Below are positions 12,491 through 27,574 of a stretch of DNA of 64,000 bases, in pieces. Numbering within the stretch: the first letter of the stretch is position 1; every line of letters starts with the position of its first letter. The notes below the pieces were generated by a model. It did not search any database. It saw only the letters and a program-made list of their open reading frames with translations, and was not told where the DNA came from. Position numbers and translations under genes: made by a program. Source of the stretch: Octopus sinensis. Its lineage: Eukaryota. The stretch lies in assembly GCF_006345805.1 (NCBI RefSeq), contig NC_042997.1, positions 150,412,001-150,476,000 of the forward strand, written 5' to 3'.

Positions 12491-14334
12491 TATGGGTGCA
12501 AAGCCTAGGCGCTTGCGACCGGAAGCGAACGAAATATCTAGGCGTTCGTACACGATTATTTCAGAGAGTTGCAAATCATCATTTACATGGAGCTCTAAAC
12601 AGTATAGCAATTCAAAAATTTATTAAAGATACTACTTGCTACATGCTGAAAGCTAACCTGGCACGCCAGAAAATGCAGGTAAAGTAAACCTTCATCAGAC
12701 ATCATCAAAACATTTACTTGTTTCAAGACTGTGGCCTGTTTTCATGTGAAAGGCTGGAATGAAGAGTGACTGCTGACTGCCGAACTGTTTGGAGTGGAAG
12801 TTTGGTGTGGTGATGGTGATGTGATCTTACTAGAATAAATAAGTTATCAGAACTGGAATATGGTTGCATACCTCTTCGTGAAACCGTCTTAAATCACACC
12901 AAACAAGACATCCCAGAGACAGGTTAAAGGATACAGGGAATTTTAAGGGATAACAGGATGAAAGACTCTTGTACATGATTGATTTATTGATTAAATGTAA
13001 ATTTCCCTGCGAATGAACAAATTAAATATAACATTATGTACTAATGAGTATCAGGTTAAATATAGAATTCCCTAATCTATAGCCGGTTGAAGATTTAATC
13101 AATATATCATTTAGGCAATCAATTATATTCAAAATTTTCCTAACATTATCTCCCGAAATTTTTACTATTTATATAGTAATGTAGTTTGTCCCTCGAATTA
13201 AGCAATTTATTTGATATTAGCGTTTATAATACGATGATAACAATAAAGGTGAAATTACACAAAGGGAAATGAAAGAAATTGATTGGAACAGAATGATAGA
13301 TTAAAAAAGGGCTGTGGTTGTGCCTCGAAATATCAATGCCCATTAGTGAAGGTGTATCCATCATCATCAAAGAAAATGATAGAAAATTATCTGGATTTAT
13401 ACTCGTTGTGGTATATAAACAAGTACTAAATTATTTTGGAGATATATATAAATTCTACTGGCAATTGACTAGCCTTCTTGCCTTCTACATAATTATTGCT
13501 AATCAAATTTCAAATGGCCCACTTAGTAAATATGTTAGCAATAATTCCACAGTAGATTTCATTATTCTAATGAAATGGGTTACAATTAGACTTAACGTCG
13601 AGGCAACAATTTTCGTGGAAAAACAAGAATTCGCAGAATGAATGTAAATGTAAATGTAAATACGATCTTTTAAAATTACTAGGAAGTCAAATTGTCTACA
13701 TATGTTCTACAGTTTCAAGAAACGCCTTGATTCGTGGAAAAAACGTGAAATATCAAAACACATAAACACAATGAGAGAGACACACATACAAACACTCATA
13801 CACGCACGCACACATACATACACGCACACATACAAACGCAACGCACACATATACACATATAGGTAAATCTAATGTATTTGCAGTAAACGCCGTTGAAAGA
13901 AACAAATGTAAATATGTCTTGTCATTCTCTTCGCAAACTGAAAAATAAGAAGATTATCTAGACATGATTTATACCTGGTTATCCCTTTAGCAAAGAATAC
14001 GTATTCTTCAACGTACTAATAACGAAACGAACTTCATAGCAACCGCTATTCCAAATGCAAACAAGAGTTTAGCTGAAATGTGGGGTAACTGCAGGCAACA
14101 CATCTGATATGGCTTGATTACAATGTTTTTAAAGCTGGTAAAGTTTGAACATTCCCAGTGGTTTTAATGACCACTTCGATTAACATGTAAAAATAAATTT
14201 ACGCTGCAAAATCATTATATATTCTTTCATAAAAATGAGAATTATATTTGCCACAAAATTTTTACTGGTGCGTATGCAAAAGCTTCCAGAAACTATGTGT
14301 ATGTATATGTGTGTATGCGTGTATATATATATCA

Positions 14335-14760
14335 CGTGATCACGTGACTGACCAGACCATCAGATGATGTTCGCATTGTTTTAGCCTTCGAATGACGCCA
14401 CCCCGCTGGCTAAGCGAGCAGGCCAACAGAAGAAAGAGTGGGAGAAAGAGTGGTGAAAGACTAGAGCAAGGAGCACCATCGGTCCGTTTGCAAAACTGCC
14501 ATGTTACGGGGATATGAACACACCAGCATAGGTTTTCAAGTGATGGTAGGCAGATAAACACACACACAAACATATCCAAACACAGAATCACACATACGAA
14601 CACACACACATATACGACGGGCTTCTTTCATTTTCCGTCTACCAAATTCACTCTCAAAGCTTTCGTCGTCCCGATCCTATAGTAGAAGACACTTGGCCAA
14701 GGTGCTACGCAGTAGGACTGAATCCAGAACCATGTGTTTGATAAGCAAGCTACTTATTAA
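14335..14760 (-). mobile_element. SINE (14480-14760) with an adjacent different repeat fragment (14335-14470)
   Basis: Shares acgacgggcttctttca...gtagaagacacttg..caaggtg...gactgaa with the other copies. Confidence 0.7.
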
Positions 14761-14762
14761 CA

Positions 14763-14828
<66 letters not shown>

Positions 14829-14830
14829 TG

Positions 14831-14863
<33 letters not shown>

Positions 14864-15307
14864 TTATGTATGTATATACATACATAGGTTTAAACTTCGG
14901 CAGAAGGCCAGCAATTTTGTGATCGATTTACATGAGTCTTCAACCATACTTATTTTATCGACCCTGAAGTATCCACCTCGAAGGAATTTGAAATATGAAC
15001 GTAATGTATGTGTGTGTGTATTAATATGAATTTAGCCCAGCGCCATATGATCAAAATTTCGTAGGCGCGCAGGAAGTGTCCCTCTTCTGGTATCTAATGT
15101 GAAGGACGCGTCCTACGCACTGAAGAAGGTCATATGGAGTAGAGACAAGCCTATATATTAAAAAAAAACATTAACTCCTACCAGATGTGTTGATGGCGAC
15201 TTCCTTCCGTTTGTATATTCATTCGTTTGTGTGCGTGGTGTATATGTATGTATATACTATATTATGTATATGTATGTATAATGTAATGTATATATATATA
15301 TATAATA

Positions 15308-15355
<48 letters not shown>

Positions 15356-15378
15356 TGTGTGTGTGTGTGTGTGTGTGC

Positions 15379-15415
<37 letters not shown>

Positions 15416-16203
15416 CATGTATACATACATGTGAGAATGGGTGTGTATGTGGTGTATGTCTGTGTTTGTATGTTTGTATTAGTAACTTTGCTATTTCAAA
15501 TTACACGTCATTGAGTGAGCTACTTCTAGCTTGCCAGTTCTCTCTCTCTCTCTCTCTTCTTTCTTTCTTTCTTTCTTATTTTGTTTTTGTTTTTGACATG
15601 TGCTGAGTGGAGTAGCGTGATTCAAATGTATGGGCATTAGAGCTTTGTAGTCTCATTAAAAGAAATATATTTACGAGTAGTTTAATTACGTTAGCAAACT
15701 ATCACTAAATTCTGGGAAGACGAGATTCTTGACCGAAGTGTGGAGGAGGCGTACAACGCACAGATGTAAATAAAGAAGAAACTGAAAGGAACGTCAAAAT
15801 TTAAGAGTATTCTTGGAAAAGTAAAACAAATTAACATACTTACATGCAAAAACAGATGACATTTTCTTTTTGTTTACTTCATTCAGTCGGTCTTAATTAT
15901 TGTAAGAAAAGTAACGTTGTTTTTTTATGTTTGGAATGGCCTGGATTTAAGTGTACGCCGGTCAAATACAGATTAGATAATGTTGGTGCTAAGCGTATCT
16001 TTAACTGAATAAGAAACTTATATTTTTAGTACTACTGCGGTAGATTTGGAATAGTAAAGTGTTATCTACGTGCATACGCTTTTCATGAGTCGTGGTTATA
16101 TAGATTTATATACTTACATATAGATATTTAAAATTTAAAAACAGAAATCCAAACGAAGCCCAGTGCGTTTTCAAATCCTTTCTCTCTCTCTCTGTATATG
16201 TGT

Positions 16204-16268
<65 letters not shown>

Positions 16269-16278
16269 TAAATATATA

Positions 16279-16329
<51 letters not shown>

Positions 16330-16981
16330 AATTAATAATTTAAAATTTGAATTTAAATAATTTAATTTTTATATTTTATATTTTATATATTTTGTATATT
16401 ATATTAATTATTTTTCTTTTTATGTTTTGGTTTATGTTTTTCACTGTTTGATTTGCCTAATACTGGTTTTATCTCTAATTTAATTTATATATATATACAC
16501 ACAAACAAATTAGTAACACCTACGTATATGTGTATATATATATACATATAATACATAAAGTACAGGACATCACCAACGAATGAAAAATACGTAACCACAT
16601 ATTGAGAGACAAAGATGGGAGAAAATAGCAAAAGAAGTCTTACCCCCTCCTCGGTTGTCGACTGTTAGTTACTCCCTATTTCAAGCTTTCAACGACAACG
16701 TAAGAAAACTTCATAAAACACCTGCATCCAGAAATCTTAAAAGTTTAAAATTTGTATAGATTTAGAGCTTCGAAGGAACAAACAAAGACCGTGTGGACAT
16801 TCAGAGTGAACAATCGACGAAGACAAACATTGAGGGCCGTTAGTCCAATGCGCATTGTAATGGGTAAGGCCTGGGAGAAAAGAATACTCACACACACACA
16901 AATATATATATATATGTATACACACATACAAATATGTGTGAATGGGTGTGTATCTATGTGTTTGTATGCATACATATATAC

Positions 16982-17053
<72 letters not shown>

Positions 17054-17054
17054 A

Positions 17055-17265
17055 AAGTTAAATCCAAACATGAAAACACAAAGTGAAAACGCAACAACGC
17101 GAGGACGTGGAACAAATATAGTATTATTGGGCGCCCAGGAAGAAAGGGAAGTTGAATGGTTTAACGTTTCGAGCGGAGCTCTTCGTCAGAAACATAGGAA
17201 AAGGAAAGATCCAGAGAATGGAAGACGGAGGGAAAAAAATCGCCAACGGTACACACGCGGTCTCA
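17055..17265 (-). mobile_element. Penelope-like pLTR/3' remnant between (TA)n tracts
   Basis: Paralog of 6900-7125; carries an intact hammerhead core. Confidence 0.7.
17159..17193 (-). ncRNA. Minimal type-I hammerhead ribozyme motif (PLE type)
   Basis: GUUU-CUGACGA-A-GAGC(UCC)GCUC-GAAAC-GUU/AAAC: core, 4-bp stem II, 4-bp stem I and a palindromic loopless stem III. Confidence 0.65.
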
Positions 17266-17266
17266 T

Positions 17267-17363
<97 letters not shown>

Positions 17364-17380
17364 AGATAGATAGATAGATT

Positions 17381-17418
<38 letters not shown>

Positions 17419-18293
17419 CAGATAGATAGATGGATAGGTGGATAGATAGATGATAGCTGGATGGATGCAATCTATATACATACATATGTAGGTGTTACTA
17501 CTTTTTACGCATTCTCGCTTGTTAGTACTCAAATATATTTCTGCATACATATACAAATGCGCATAGACATAAAACTAACTGAAAGAAAGAGACAATTACG
17601 TATATAGGTATATATAAATATACGTAAACAGAAATATATGCGGGTATATTGGCCATTATGCGTATGCGTGTGTGTATAAATATATATAAAAACAAGATTT
17701 TAAGAATATATATATATATATGTAAATGGATGAATGAACTATCCTTTGTTTACCGTTAACATGGAAAATTCAATAAACAGTTACCAGTTTACTTATATAT
17801 ATATATATACAGGTGTATATATATATATTATACCAGCAAACAAACATGTTTACTTACAAACATTCATACATAAATACATATATACATAGAGAATACAAGG
17901 AAACGACGATGTGATGGAGAAACGTTACAAAGAAACAATCCAAAGTCCTATTAGTGGAGTTGTAGGAATCTGCAAAGTAATAAAGGATGTAATATTGCCC
18001 TTTGCCAGGGGTTACGTGAGAAACATTTCCCAAATGAGGAACTGCGCTAAAAGATTTTAGTATTTCTCTGAAAAGAATGCAGATAGTATTTCGTTACATA
18101 AGCGCTTCCACCAGAATTCGTTTGAATGTGTGAGCGTGTGTACATACACACACACACACATGTATATACACACATGCATATACACACACACCACACAAAC
18201 ATAAGCATTTCTGTACACACGTACATACAGCTATATTACGTATTCTTAAAGAAATATGCCCATACATGCATGTATACATACATATATACATAC

Positions 18294-18387
<94 letters not shown>

Positions 18388-19627
18388 ATATATATATAAT
18401 ATATATGTATATGTATGTATATATATATATATATATATACATACTTAATTTATACGTACGTATATAAATACTTCTCTCTATATACCAGTCGATAAATTGT
18501 GTGTATCTGAATCTTTGTTGAAATGTAAACTTTTCACCCTTAGATATACAGAAACGTTAGTTCATAAACATCTATGAATAAATCTTTATAAATTTAGGTT
18601 TCTCTCAAACACGTATAGGCTTTCTCACAAGTATTTATGTGAAAGTTTACGTACTGAATCGAAATAAGATATAAAATTATAAAAGAAAAATAATATAAGC
18701 ACACAAGTGAAAAATTTGATGATTTAGCAGGTTTAAATGCTGTGTACAGGGTATACCTGAATATTTGCGTATTTTGCTTAGTTATGATGATTTTATTGGA
18801 CAGAGCCCAGAACGTAGAATCTTAATCAAGAGACTTTTACAATAGCTGCTGGTTGTCTGAGGCTTTAAGAATAAATTACAATAGAAGGAAGCTGCTTAGA
18901 GACCTGTCGAATGGATCGTCACTGGATTCTCGAACGGATTGTTATCAGCTGCATCACCCTGCAGTGATGAACCTTAGGAATAATGATAATTATATTAGTA
19001 TACATGTATTACTGAAATACTCAGATATTTCGCATATAAACACACAATGTATCTCAGTCAGTTCTGACAGATCACGTAGCAGTCCCAGCTTTGATTTCTG
19101 AGCACTGATTTCAAAATCTGCAGAAAGCTCTTTATATTTTCACACAGTTACGTTGGTGATGAATAATATACAGAGAAGATTCCTTCCTCAGCTTTACCTC
19201 ACACTTTTCTCGCTTCATTCTGGACGTAATTTGGAAAGGGAATGATTTCGTTTGCTTTAACATTTACAAGACACGCCAAATATGAAACATTTTGCGCATT
19301 AACATGTTTTAGATATAAGGTAGTGACCACAAACACCATATCGAATAAAATATGCATCAAAATAACGGCTGACTGGTGAAGAAAATGAATTTTAGCAATT
19401 TAAACAGAATATATATGTTAAGATAGTTATTTTCTACGTAATACTTTCTACACGAAGCACTCAAACATATATGCCTGTGAATGTGTTCCTGTGTACTTGT
19501 GTGTAAATTATACAGACTAATTCAGAGGATCTAAAACATTAGACGCATTAGTTGAGGTTGAGATGATCAGAAACTATAGACAACTGCTCTCAACACTTAT
19601 AACATATATGGCGTATATAACTATTAC

Positions 19628-19855
<228 letters not shown>

Positions 19856-21169
19856 TCCTTACGTATGCATGTATATATCTGTTTGGTTTTAAGCCTGTCT
19901 GTGCGTATATATGTATATTCTTAAAGCTATCTCTATCATTGTACTTTTTCAGGATATCAAGTAGTTTTTGTTTGACACAAGTGTTAATCATGGACCTTTC
20001 ACTTACTTTTCGTCTTAATTTGTTTTAGGCCTTATTTTCATGTTGTTTCTATTATATATCTTTCAAATTTAGTGGCATTTAGTTCCATACAAGAAATGAA
20101 ACACCACAGTTCCCTCTGTATTTCCCATTTGTTTTATCAATTATAAGGGTGACAAAAATCTGAAACATAAACAAAAAGTAAAACTGAGTTAGGAAGGAAA
20201 TTAAGTTATCACACAATTGCCATAACAAGAGGAAATCCTAGGAGAATAGATAGAAATATTGATAACAAAATGACACGCATTTTATTACCCCCAAAATTTT
20301 TTTAACAATTATAAAATTGCTTGAATCGTAGATGCATTTAAAATTTGAATTTGATTTTGAAAATACTTCTGAAGGAAGAAAGAGTAAGGGTAAATGTTAA
20401 CATTTGCTAACCTGACGGACATTTCACATGCAAACATAATAAAAACGCTTGAGGGCCTAATCTATTACTTATTTATGAAAGCCAACAAACATATAGGAAT
20501 GAAAACAGAAGATTTGTAATACGTGAAAGAAAGTGGGGTGTGTTTTCATGTGAATAAGCAATGACATTCTCTGAGAAAACATATTACAAGTTGCTACGCT
20601 ATATGTTTTTTTTTTTATTTTTCATATGTTATACAAGTTTAGTTCGTCGCCATTATAATCTATTGTTATTCCAAGTCCACATATTGTTTTAAATTTAGCC
20701 TCACCAGCTTTCACACAAATCAGTGAATGTCGGCATTTTTATCCGAACGAGGATTTGGATTTTGCTCATAATCTTTTGGTGTATTTGTCACTGAGGAGAC
20801 GAAATCAAGTGTAAACCAATTTCTGATAATCTGTGGACGACATTCTGAACAAAATCTGTGTTTCTTCTAAAATATAACCTCTTTACAAATATTTCTATAA
20901 GACAAACTATCATAGTTATTACCGTTTGAAGATTTTATACAAATTATAAATATTTTACACATTGTTGTTTTCAGAAATTGTTGTTTCAAATACATATTGA
21001 TTTATCCATACTTGCATGTATACATACTTACATAAATAAATACATACATACATACATACATACATACATACATACATACATACATACATACATACATACA
21101 TACATACATACATACATACACATCCTGCAATATTGTGCCGTAGTAACTGTGCACCAACAGATGGGAGTA

Positions 21170-22700
21170 GGAAAGACCCAGCAAAAGCTAATATGTATTG
21201 TCTCCCTTCATGATAACATCAAGAAACTTGGGAAAACGATATGACAACTGGTTCCTATCACCAAATGCAAGGCTAAAAATGAATTTACAAATCGCCAGCT
21301 ACAACGTCATAATATGCTCTCCAAATTGGTTGGATATTACCACTAAGGAACACACAGGAAAACATATCACCCTCAAGCATGACCTACAAGCGGTAAATGA
21401 AAAACCTCGTTGTTGTAAAAAATTAGATGAATGAAGAATGATTAACCTAAAGTTCACAAGTTATATATTGCAGTATGAAAGGCAATAACATCTGCCCGGA
21501 AAGATTTAAACTCCTTTTGGCAGGGAATTTGGAATGTAAGCAAAGAACACAACCGCGATGCAGCATGGTTGAATGACCTACAAGAAGAGTATAGAATAAA
21601 CGCCTCTCTCAAAACTTATAACATCACGAGTGAAACACTCCTAACGGTTATTATGACACTGTCTCACTCACGGGTCATAGAATCACTATACATTTCCCGA
21701 ATAGTAGATGCTATGATGAATGTCATTGAGAGACTGACTGCAACATAGTGTATATAATTATCACTGAGGACTACTAAAGCAAAATCTATTGATACAAAGA
21801 GTATTAAGATATCAATAGGCATATTCCAGAGTAACAGTTTATCTGTAATGTTGTTTGTGTGAGGGCGCGTGGCTTAGTGGTTAGGGCATTCGGCTCATGA
21901 TCTTAAGGTTGTGAGTTCGATTCCCGGCGACGCGTTGTGTCCTTGAGCAAGACACTTTATTTCACGTTGCTCCAGTCCACTCAGCTGGCAAAAATGAGTT
22001 GTACTTGTATTTCAAAGGGTCAGCCTTGTCACTCTCTGTGTCACGCTGATTATCCCCGAGAACTACGTTAAGGGTACACGTGTCTGTGGAATGCTCAGCC
22101 ATTTGCACGTTAATTTCACGAGCAAGCTGTTCCGTTGATCGTATCAGCTGGGACCCTCGTCGTCGTAACCGGCGGAGTCAAAAGAAAGAAAGAAAGAAAG
22201 AGAATGTTGTTTGTACTAGAAGTGAATCCGTTGTTAGCCCCGTTAAATTCCAAGGCTACATACAGGCATATGCAGAAAATAATAAACTTAATGTCACCCA
22301 TGTCATTAATGTTCATATATCTATGGAAGACATCACAGGTGTTTAGCCACTGCCCAAAACACTCATCATCAAAGTACTATCCGCTTATACAAAACGACGT
22401 CGCAAAAACAGTATATAATGCCACCTGGGAAAATGACTGACCAAGAATAATTGAATTATTGAATGCATATGCAACCTTCAACACACGGTATAATAGGGGA
22501 ACATTCCCATCAAAACATCTGCCGACTGTAAGCATAAGAGACTAGGATTTGCTTTTCCTATAATTCCAAAGAGAACAAATTTTCCTCTGTGCAACAAGTA
22601 GCTAATTATACTATTCTGCAATGCGTTTTACAAGGCAGACTTGATCCATCAAGAAGGACCTGGTATAAATTGCCACATGAAAATATATTAGAATATTTCA
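21170..22700 (+). pseudogene. Decayed R4/Dong-type LINE fragments, interrupted by a SINE
   Basis: FWQGIWNVSKEHNRDAAWL (~21516-21575) and ISIGIFQSNSLSVMLFV (like RGIFQGDSLSPLLFV, ~21810-21858); many stops. Confidence 0.65.
21859..22202 (+). mobile_element. Full-length tRNA-derived SINE with a 12-bp TSD
   Basis: A box TGGCTTAGTGG, B box GAGTTCGATTCC, central tgtgtccttgagcaagacactt core, (AAAG)n tail. TSD aatgttgtttgt at 21847-21858 and 22203-22214. Confidence 0.92.
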
Positions 22701-22899
22701 TATTGAAGCTCCTGAATCGTGTAATCACTCCAACTAGTTTGAGTACTTATTCCAAGTGAAATAATATAAAACAATTCCAGATACGAAAATACCAATACAA
22801 ACCATTCTAAGACTAATAGCATTTAAAATATCTGTGAATAATGTTTCTTTTTGTTCATTTCCAAATAAAGTCCTTTTGTAATGTAATCATCAATCATCT

Positions 22900-24500
22900 T
22901 TCATTCAAACCTCTAATAGATTTGCATTGTTTGCTGGTGGGATTATTTATAAAGCACATTTAGAAAAACAAATATTTGATATTTCGATGATCTTGAGGCG
23001 TAGACAACTTTGAATTGTTCGTAAACATAGAGGGCTCGTTGCACTTTCGAAGATAAAATTCGGATAGAAAAGCATTCATATTTTTCAATACTAACAATAC
23101 ATAATCGTGAATAAGTTTTAAAGAAATCGCAAATGATTAGGATAAGTTTTTTTAAAATAAAGCACAGGGTAATGGAGAATACCTCACAAAGGCATGTCTT
23201 CTTGACTGAAGGGAAACTGCAAAATGACATGTTTATATTTTCCAACGAGTAGATTTATATGCTTTCTTCAAAATGATTTCAGTAAAAATATGATCTCTTT
23301 TTCCCCCAGATGATGACGCACCACCCCAAAAATCGTGGGGTTTTAACGTGAAGGTTGCATTTTTCTGTGATTTGACATATTCCATCAGCAGCACAAATGT
23401 TTCTGGCATTTAGGTATTGTGATATTTCGTTGTCAGCAATTCTTGGTTCATATGTCATGTCGTCGTTTTAAACATTCATTAAATTGTAGCACCTACGCAT
23501 ATGTTAGAAGACGTATTCGAATGATTTCACTGAAGATCACGTTAACAGCACAGTTAAACTTGAAGATGAGATATCTCTTATTAGGCACAATGCACCTGCT
23601 GTCAACAGTATGGTTGCCAATTTGCAGAATGGTATTTCAATGTCGTCTTTACATTGGCTAACAGTCAACATTTGCATCTCTATGCTGTTGGAATTCCTTA
23701 GGTAAGCCTTCACTACATTTATTATTCTCCATGCATTGTGCATTAAGATGCAGATTGACACAAGAACCGTGAATAATGCATTTCCTAATGGTTTCAAGTG
23801 TTGGCTCATGTGTATAGATTAGATATTTCTATGTACACTACTTCATCTATATTACCTGGGTCATTAAATTTAGCTTCTTCGTCGAAGATGATCAATATAC
23901 CAGCATGTGGTAATCCTCCTTTCTAGAGTTAGATGAATCAGCAATATAATTCATTATCTCAAAAAGTATATTCCAACAAGTTTGAACATTTCTTGCTACG
24001 ATATTTGATTTGTTTCGAAACAGTTCTCTCCGAAAGACTACCTCAATTTTCATCCCGGTAATGAATGCATATCATAGGTTAAATAAATTTAAGTTTCGAA
24101 ATTTTCACACCATAGCACGTACAGTATAATTGTCATTCCATTCACATTTGTAAAGCTTTAAAAACCTAGTTTAATGTCCCGATGGTTTTGAATGAAATAT
24201 CGACAATTGTTATTATTTACTCCTTCCGGCTGCTTCTTGAAATCCTTCATTTTCAGATTCTAATTCTCTATATGTGTAAAGAATTCATAAAAGATTTATT
24301 TCATTTATTGCTTGAATGCAAAACAATCATAATTTGAGAGTCGCATCTATCACTCTGATTCTGTATACTAGTCACAGTTTCAAGCCTACTACATAAAATA
24401 CTGCAGTGTAGAGATTCCCTCCAACAAATGCATAGTACTGGTACTACAATACATTTGGATATAAACGCAAAAAGAATGTGAGCCATGAATAAAATATTCT
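22900..24500 (-). pseudogene. Highly decayed Helitron Rep (HUH endonuclease) coding region
   Basis: Manual translation gives KGGLPHAGILIIFD (like QKRGLPHxHIL), VDSRCIVPNKRYLIFKFNCAVNV (like VDNRWVVPYNxxLLxKxNCHINV) and NEISQYLNARNICAA (like DEIxxYxxxRYIS), in canonical order. Boundaries are approximate. Confidence 0.8.
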
Positions 24501-25577
24501 TTATAAGAATAATTTAAACTGCTCATGAAATATCGTAGTTATGGTGGTATTTCTTTAAGATAGATTTATATATTGCAAGCGATAATTACTGGTTACACGA
24601 TTGAAAGTGTTTTTTGATAAAATATACTGCAGAAGATAGGCGTGTACTATGAGTAAACCTCAAATGTCATACAATAAATATTTTTGCTGGAGTAATATTG
24701 TTGATCATTATAATTTGAAACATTTGATTTTTTCGGTTTTGAATATATTTGATGTTTTCCCTTGCGTTGATGCAAGTTTTTTCACTGTATACAGGGGGGC
24801 TAGAAAGAAATTGGACACCATTATACGTAATGATATCAATGGTACCTGCCCTAGATATAGAAAGAAAGAATGGTATAGGATACAAAGAACTTGAGTCAAA
24901 GCAAACAGGGCGAACACGTGATATAAAACCGACAAATATCAAGGTGTGATGTTTGTAGAGGCCACAGCCCATGGAGACCTAGCCCGTTCAACACACACAC
25001 ATACACATATATATATAAGTTTGAGTGTGTGTGTGAGTGTTAGTGTATATACCTGAGCCGACTCCAAGTCATCAGCAACAATGGTGCTCATCAAAACAAA
25101 CATCGGCGATCTAACTGTCGTCTGTACACTTGACAAGAGATGCCAGTTAGTCTTTTACGCTTACCAGGTTCGTTCGTATTAGCCCGAGCTGCTGGATAAG
25201 TTTACATTCCTTTAAGAATATTGCAAAACGGAAAATTTTCATAGATTGAAATTTAAATCCTAATCGCTATAGAAATTTATTGTTTCAAGAAAACACTCAG
25301 TTTGAATTACTTTTATTAATATTTACGATTATAGATAACACCACGGACTGTAACTTCTGAGCCCGAGTCAAGCGTATGTGAACTATGTCGGGAAAACATC
25401 TGCTACGAATGATATTTTTTGACAAAGGGTAACCCTAAGACGGCCGCCAGATGCTGAACGAAAATAACTGACCTGCGACAAGGCTCAATATAAAGGGCCC
25501 GAGTTATTGGCTGAAATTACATACTTAAAGTCAGTGATATATATATATATATATTTATATATATACGTGTGTTTGTC

Positions 25578-25613
<36 letters not shown>

Positions 25614-25618
25614 ATATA

Positions 25619-25656
<38 letters not shown>

Positions 25657-25682
25657 AGGGTAGATTGATAGATAGATAGATT

Positions 25683-25759
<77 letters not shown>

Positions 25760-26221
25760 GTGATAATATTAATGATGATTTTATCTATGTACGTCCAGCT
25801 GTTTTATTATGTATGTGTGTAAATATTATGTTTTTTCCAGTTATACTCATTAACTTCTTGTTTCGAAATGTATTTGTTCACCATTAGGTATTATTTATTT
25901 TAGGTCAAATATGACACGATACGATGGACGCCAGACAGGCTTAAACAAGTCACATGTGCAAGAATTTTAAAGAGAATTTGATTTACTTCTCAGCTACATA
26001 AATCTCCAGCAATTATCTTGAGTTCATTCAATAATCAACAACGAACACTCACGTATTTAACAGTAAAGTTCATTTTGCAACCGACCCGAATAAAGATTGA
26101 ATACGTATTATGAAAACATACACATAGATACATAAACATTTATACATATGCACAAATATATACATATATACATATATACACACATACATAACATACATAC
26201 ATATAAATATGTATATATGTA

Positions 26222-26299
<78 letters not shown>

Positions 26300-27034
26300 C
26301 ATATATATATACATATATATATATATTACACATAAATATATATATTTGTATGTATATATATATCTATATATTTATGAATGTATATATATGTACGTGTATA
26401 TATATATGAGGGAGAGAGCAAGAGAGATATGTGTAAATAGATATACACATACTTACGCAGTCAGTCAAGCCCTCACACGCACTTGCACACATACGAATGA
26501 ATGTAAACCCATTAACGTGTCACAATCATCTTGATTTTGTTGTTGTTCGGGGAAAGGCGTTATGTTTTACAATCATACATACATACATACATACATACAT
26601 ACATACATACATACATACATACATACATACATACATACATAAATACATACGCTTACACAGAGAAATTGCCAGACAATTTTCGTTCAATTCTCTCAATAGT
26701 TTTAATACGATATTAATTTACACTGAATATTTCTTTTCAATTCCATTAGTGCACGGATACAGCGCTGGGTCGTTTAGTGTTATATGTTTTAGGAATTGAT
26801 TAAAAAAGAAAAAGAAATTTGATACTACATTTTAATGATAGATTTTTGTCCTCTAAAAACGAAAGCGAAAATAACAATTCGTCTATGTGTTTCATAAATT
26901 GTCTCTATATATCATTTTCGCATTTTTTGATGCGAGCAAAGTATGCCAACAGATATATGTAAGCAAGTGTGTGGTCGGAGGGCTGTATATATATATATAT
27001 ATATAATATATAAATACATTTATATATGTATGTG

Positions 27035-27085
<51 letters not shown>

Positions 27086-27178
27086 GTACATATATACATG
27101 TATCTCTCCTTGTATATATATTTATATATATATATATATAGATATATTATATATATATTATATATATATTGTAATACT

Positions 27179-27574
27179 AAGTAATTAAGGTTTAGCAACG
27201 ATTTGCCTCACCGCATCCCGAATTTAGAAATAGCAGCCAAAGAGTTATGGCTATTCTTTTACTTAAAAGGGAGATCCCAGTAAAACCACAGCACTTAAAA
27301 GGCAAACAACGCAGGCAAAAGAGAAAGAAATGGCGACAATAATTCTATATTAAGTCACCTACGGACGTAATTTTCGAAACGTACGTCTGTAGGTGACTTA
27401 AGATAGAATGATTGTCGTCATTTCTTTCTCTTTTGCCTGCGTTGTTTGCCTTTTAAGTGCTGTGGTTTTACTGGGATCTCCCTTTTAAGTAGAAAGAATA
27501 GCCATAACTCTTTGACTGCTATTTCTAAATTCGGGATATGGTGAGGCAAATCGTTGCTAAACCCTTAATTACTT
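27179..27574. repeat. Near-perfect fold-back palindrome, ~190-bp arms, 12-nt loop
   Basis: aagtaattaaggtttagcaacg...cctacggacgta | attttcgaaacg | tacgtctgtagg...cgttgctaaacccttaattactt. Confidence 0.95.

Noticed and set aside
20790-20812. CTGAGGA-gac-GAAA hammerhead-like string (also near 44805)
   Set aside because: No room for stem II and no convincing stem I; likely chance.
21861-21932. tRNA gene
   Set aside because: The tRNA-like head continues into a SINE body, tail and TSD.
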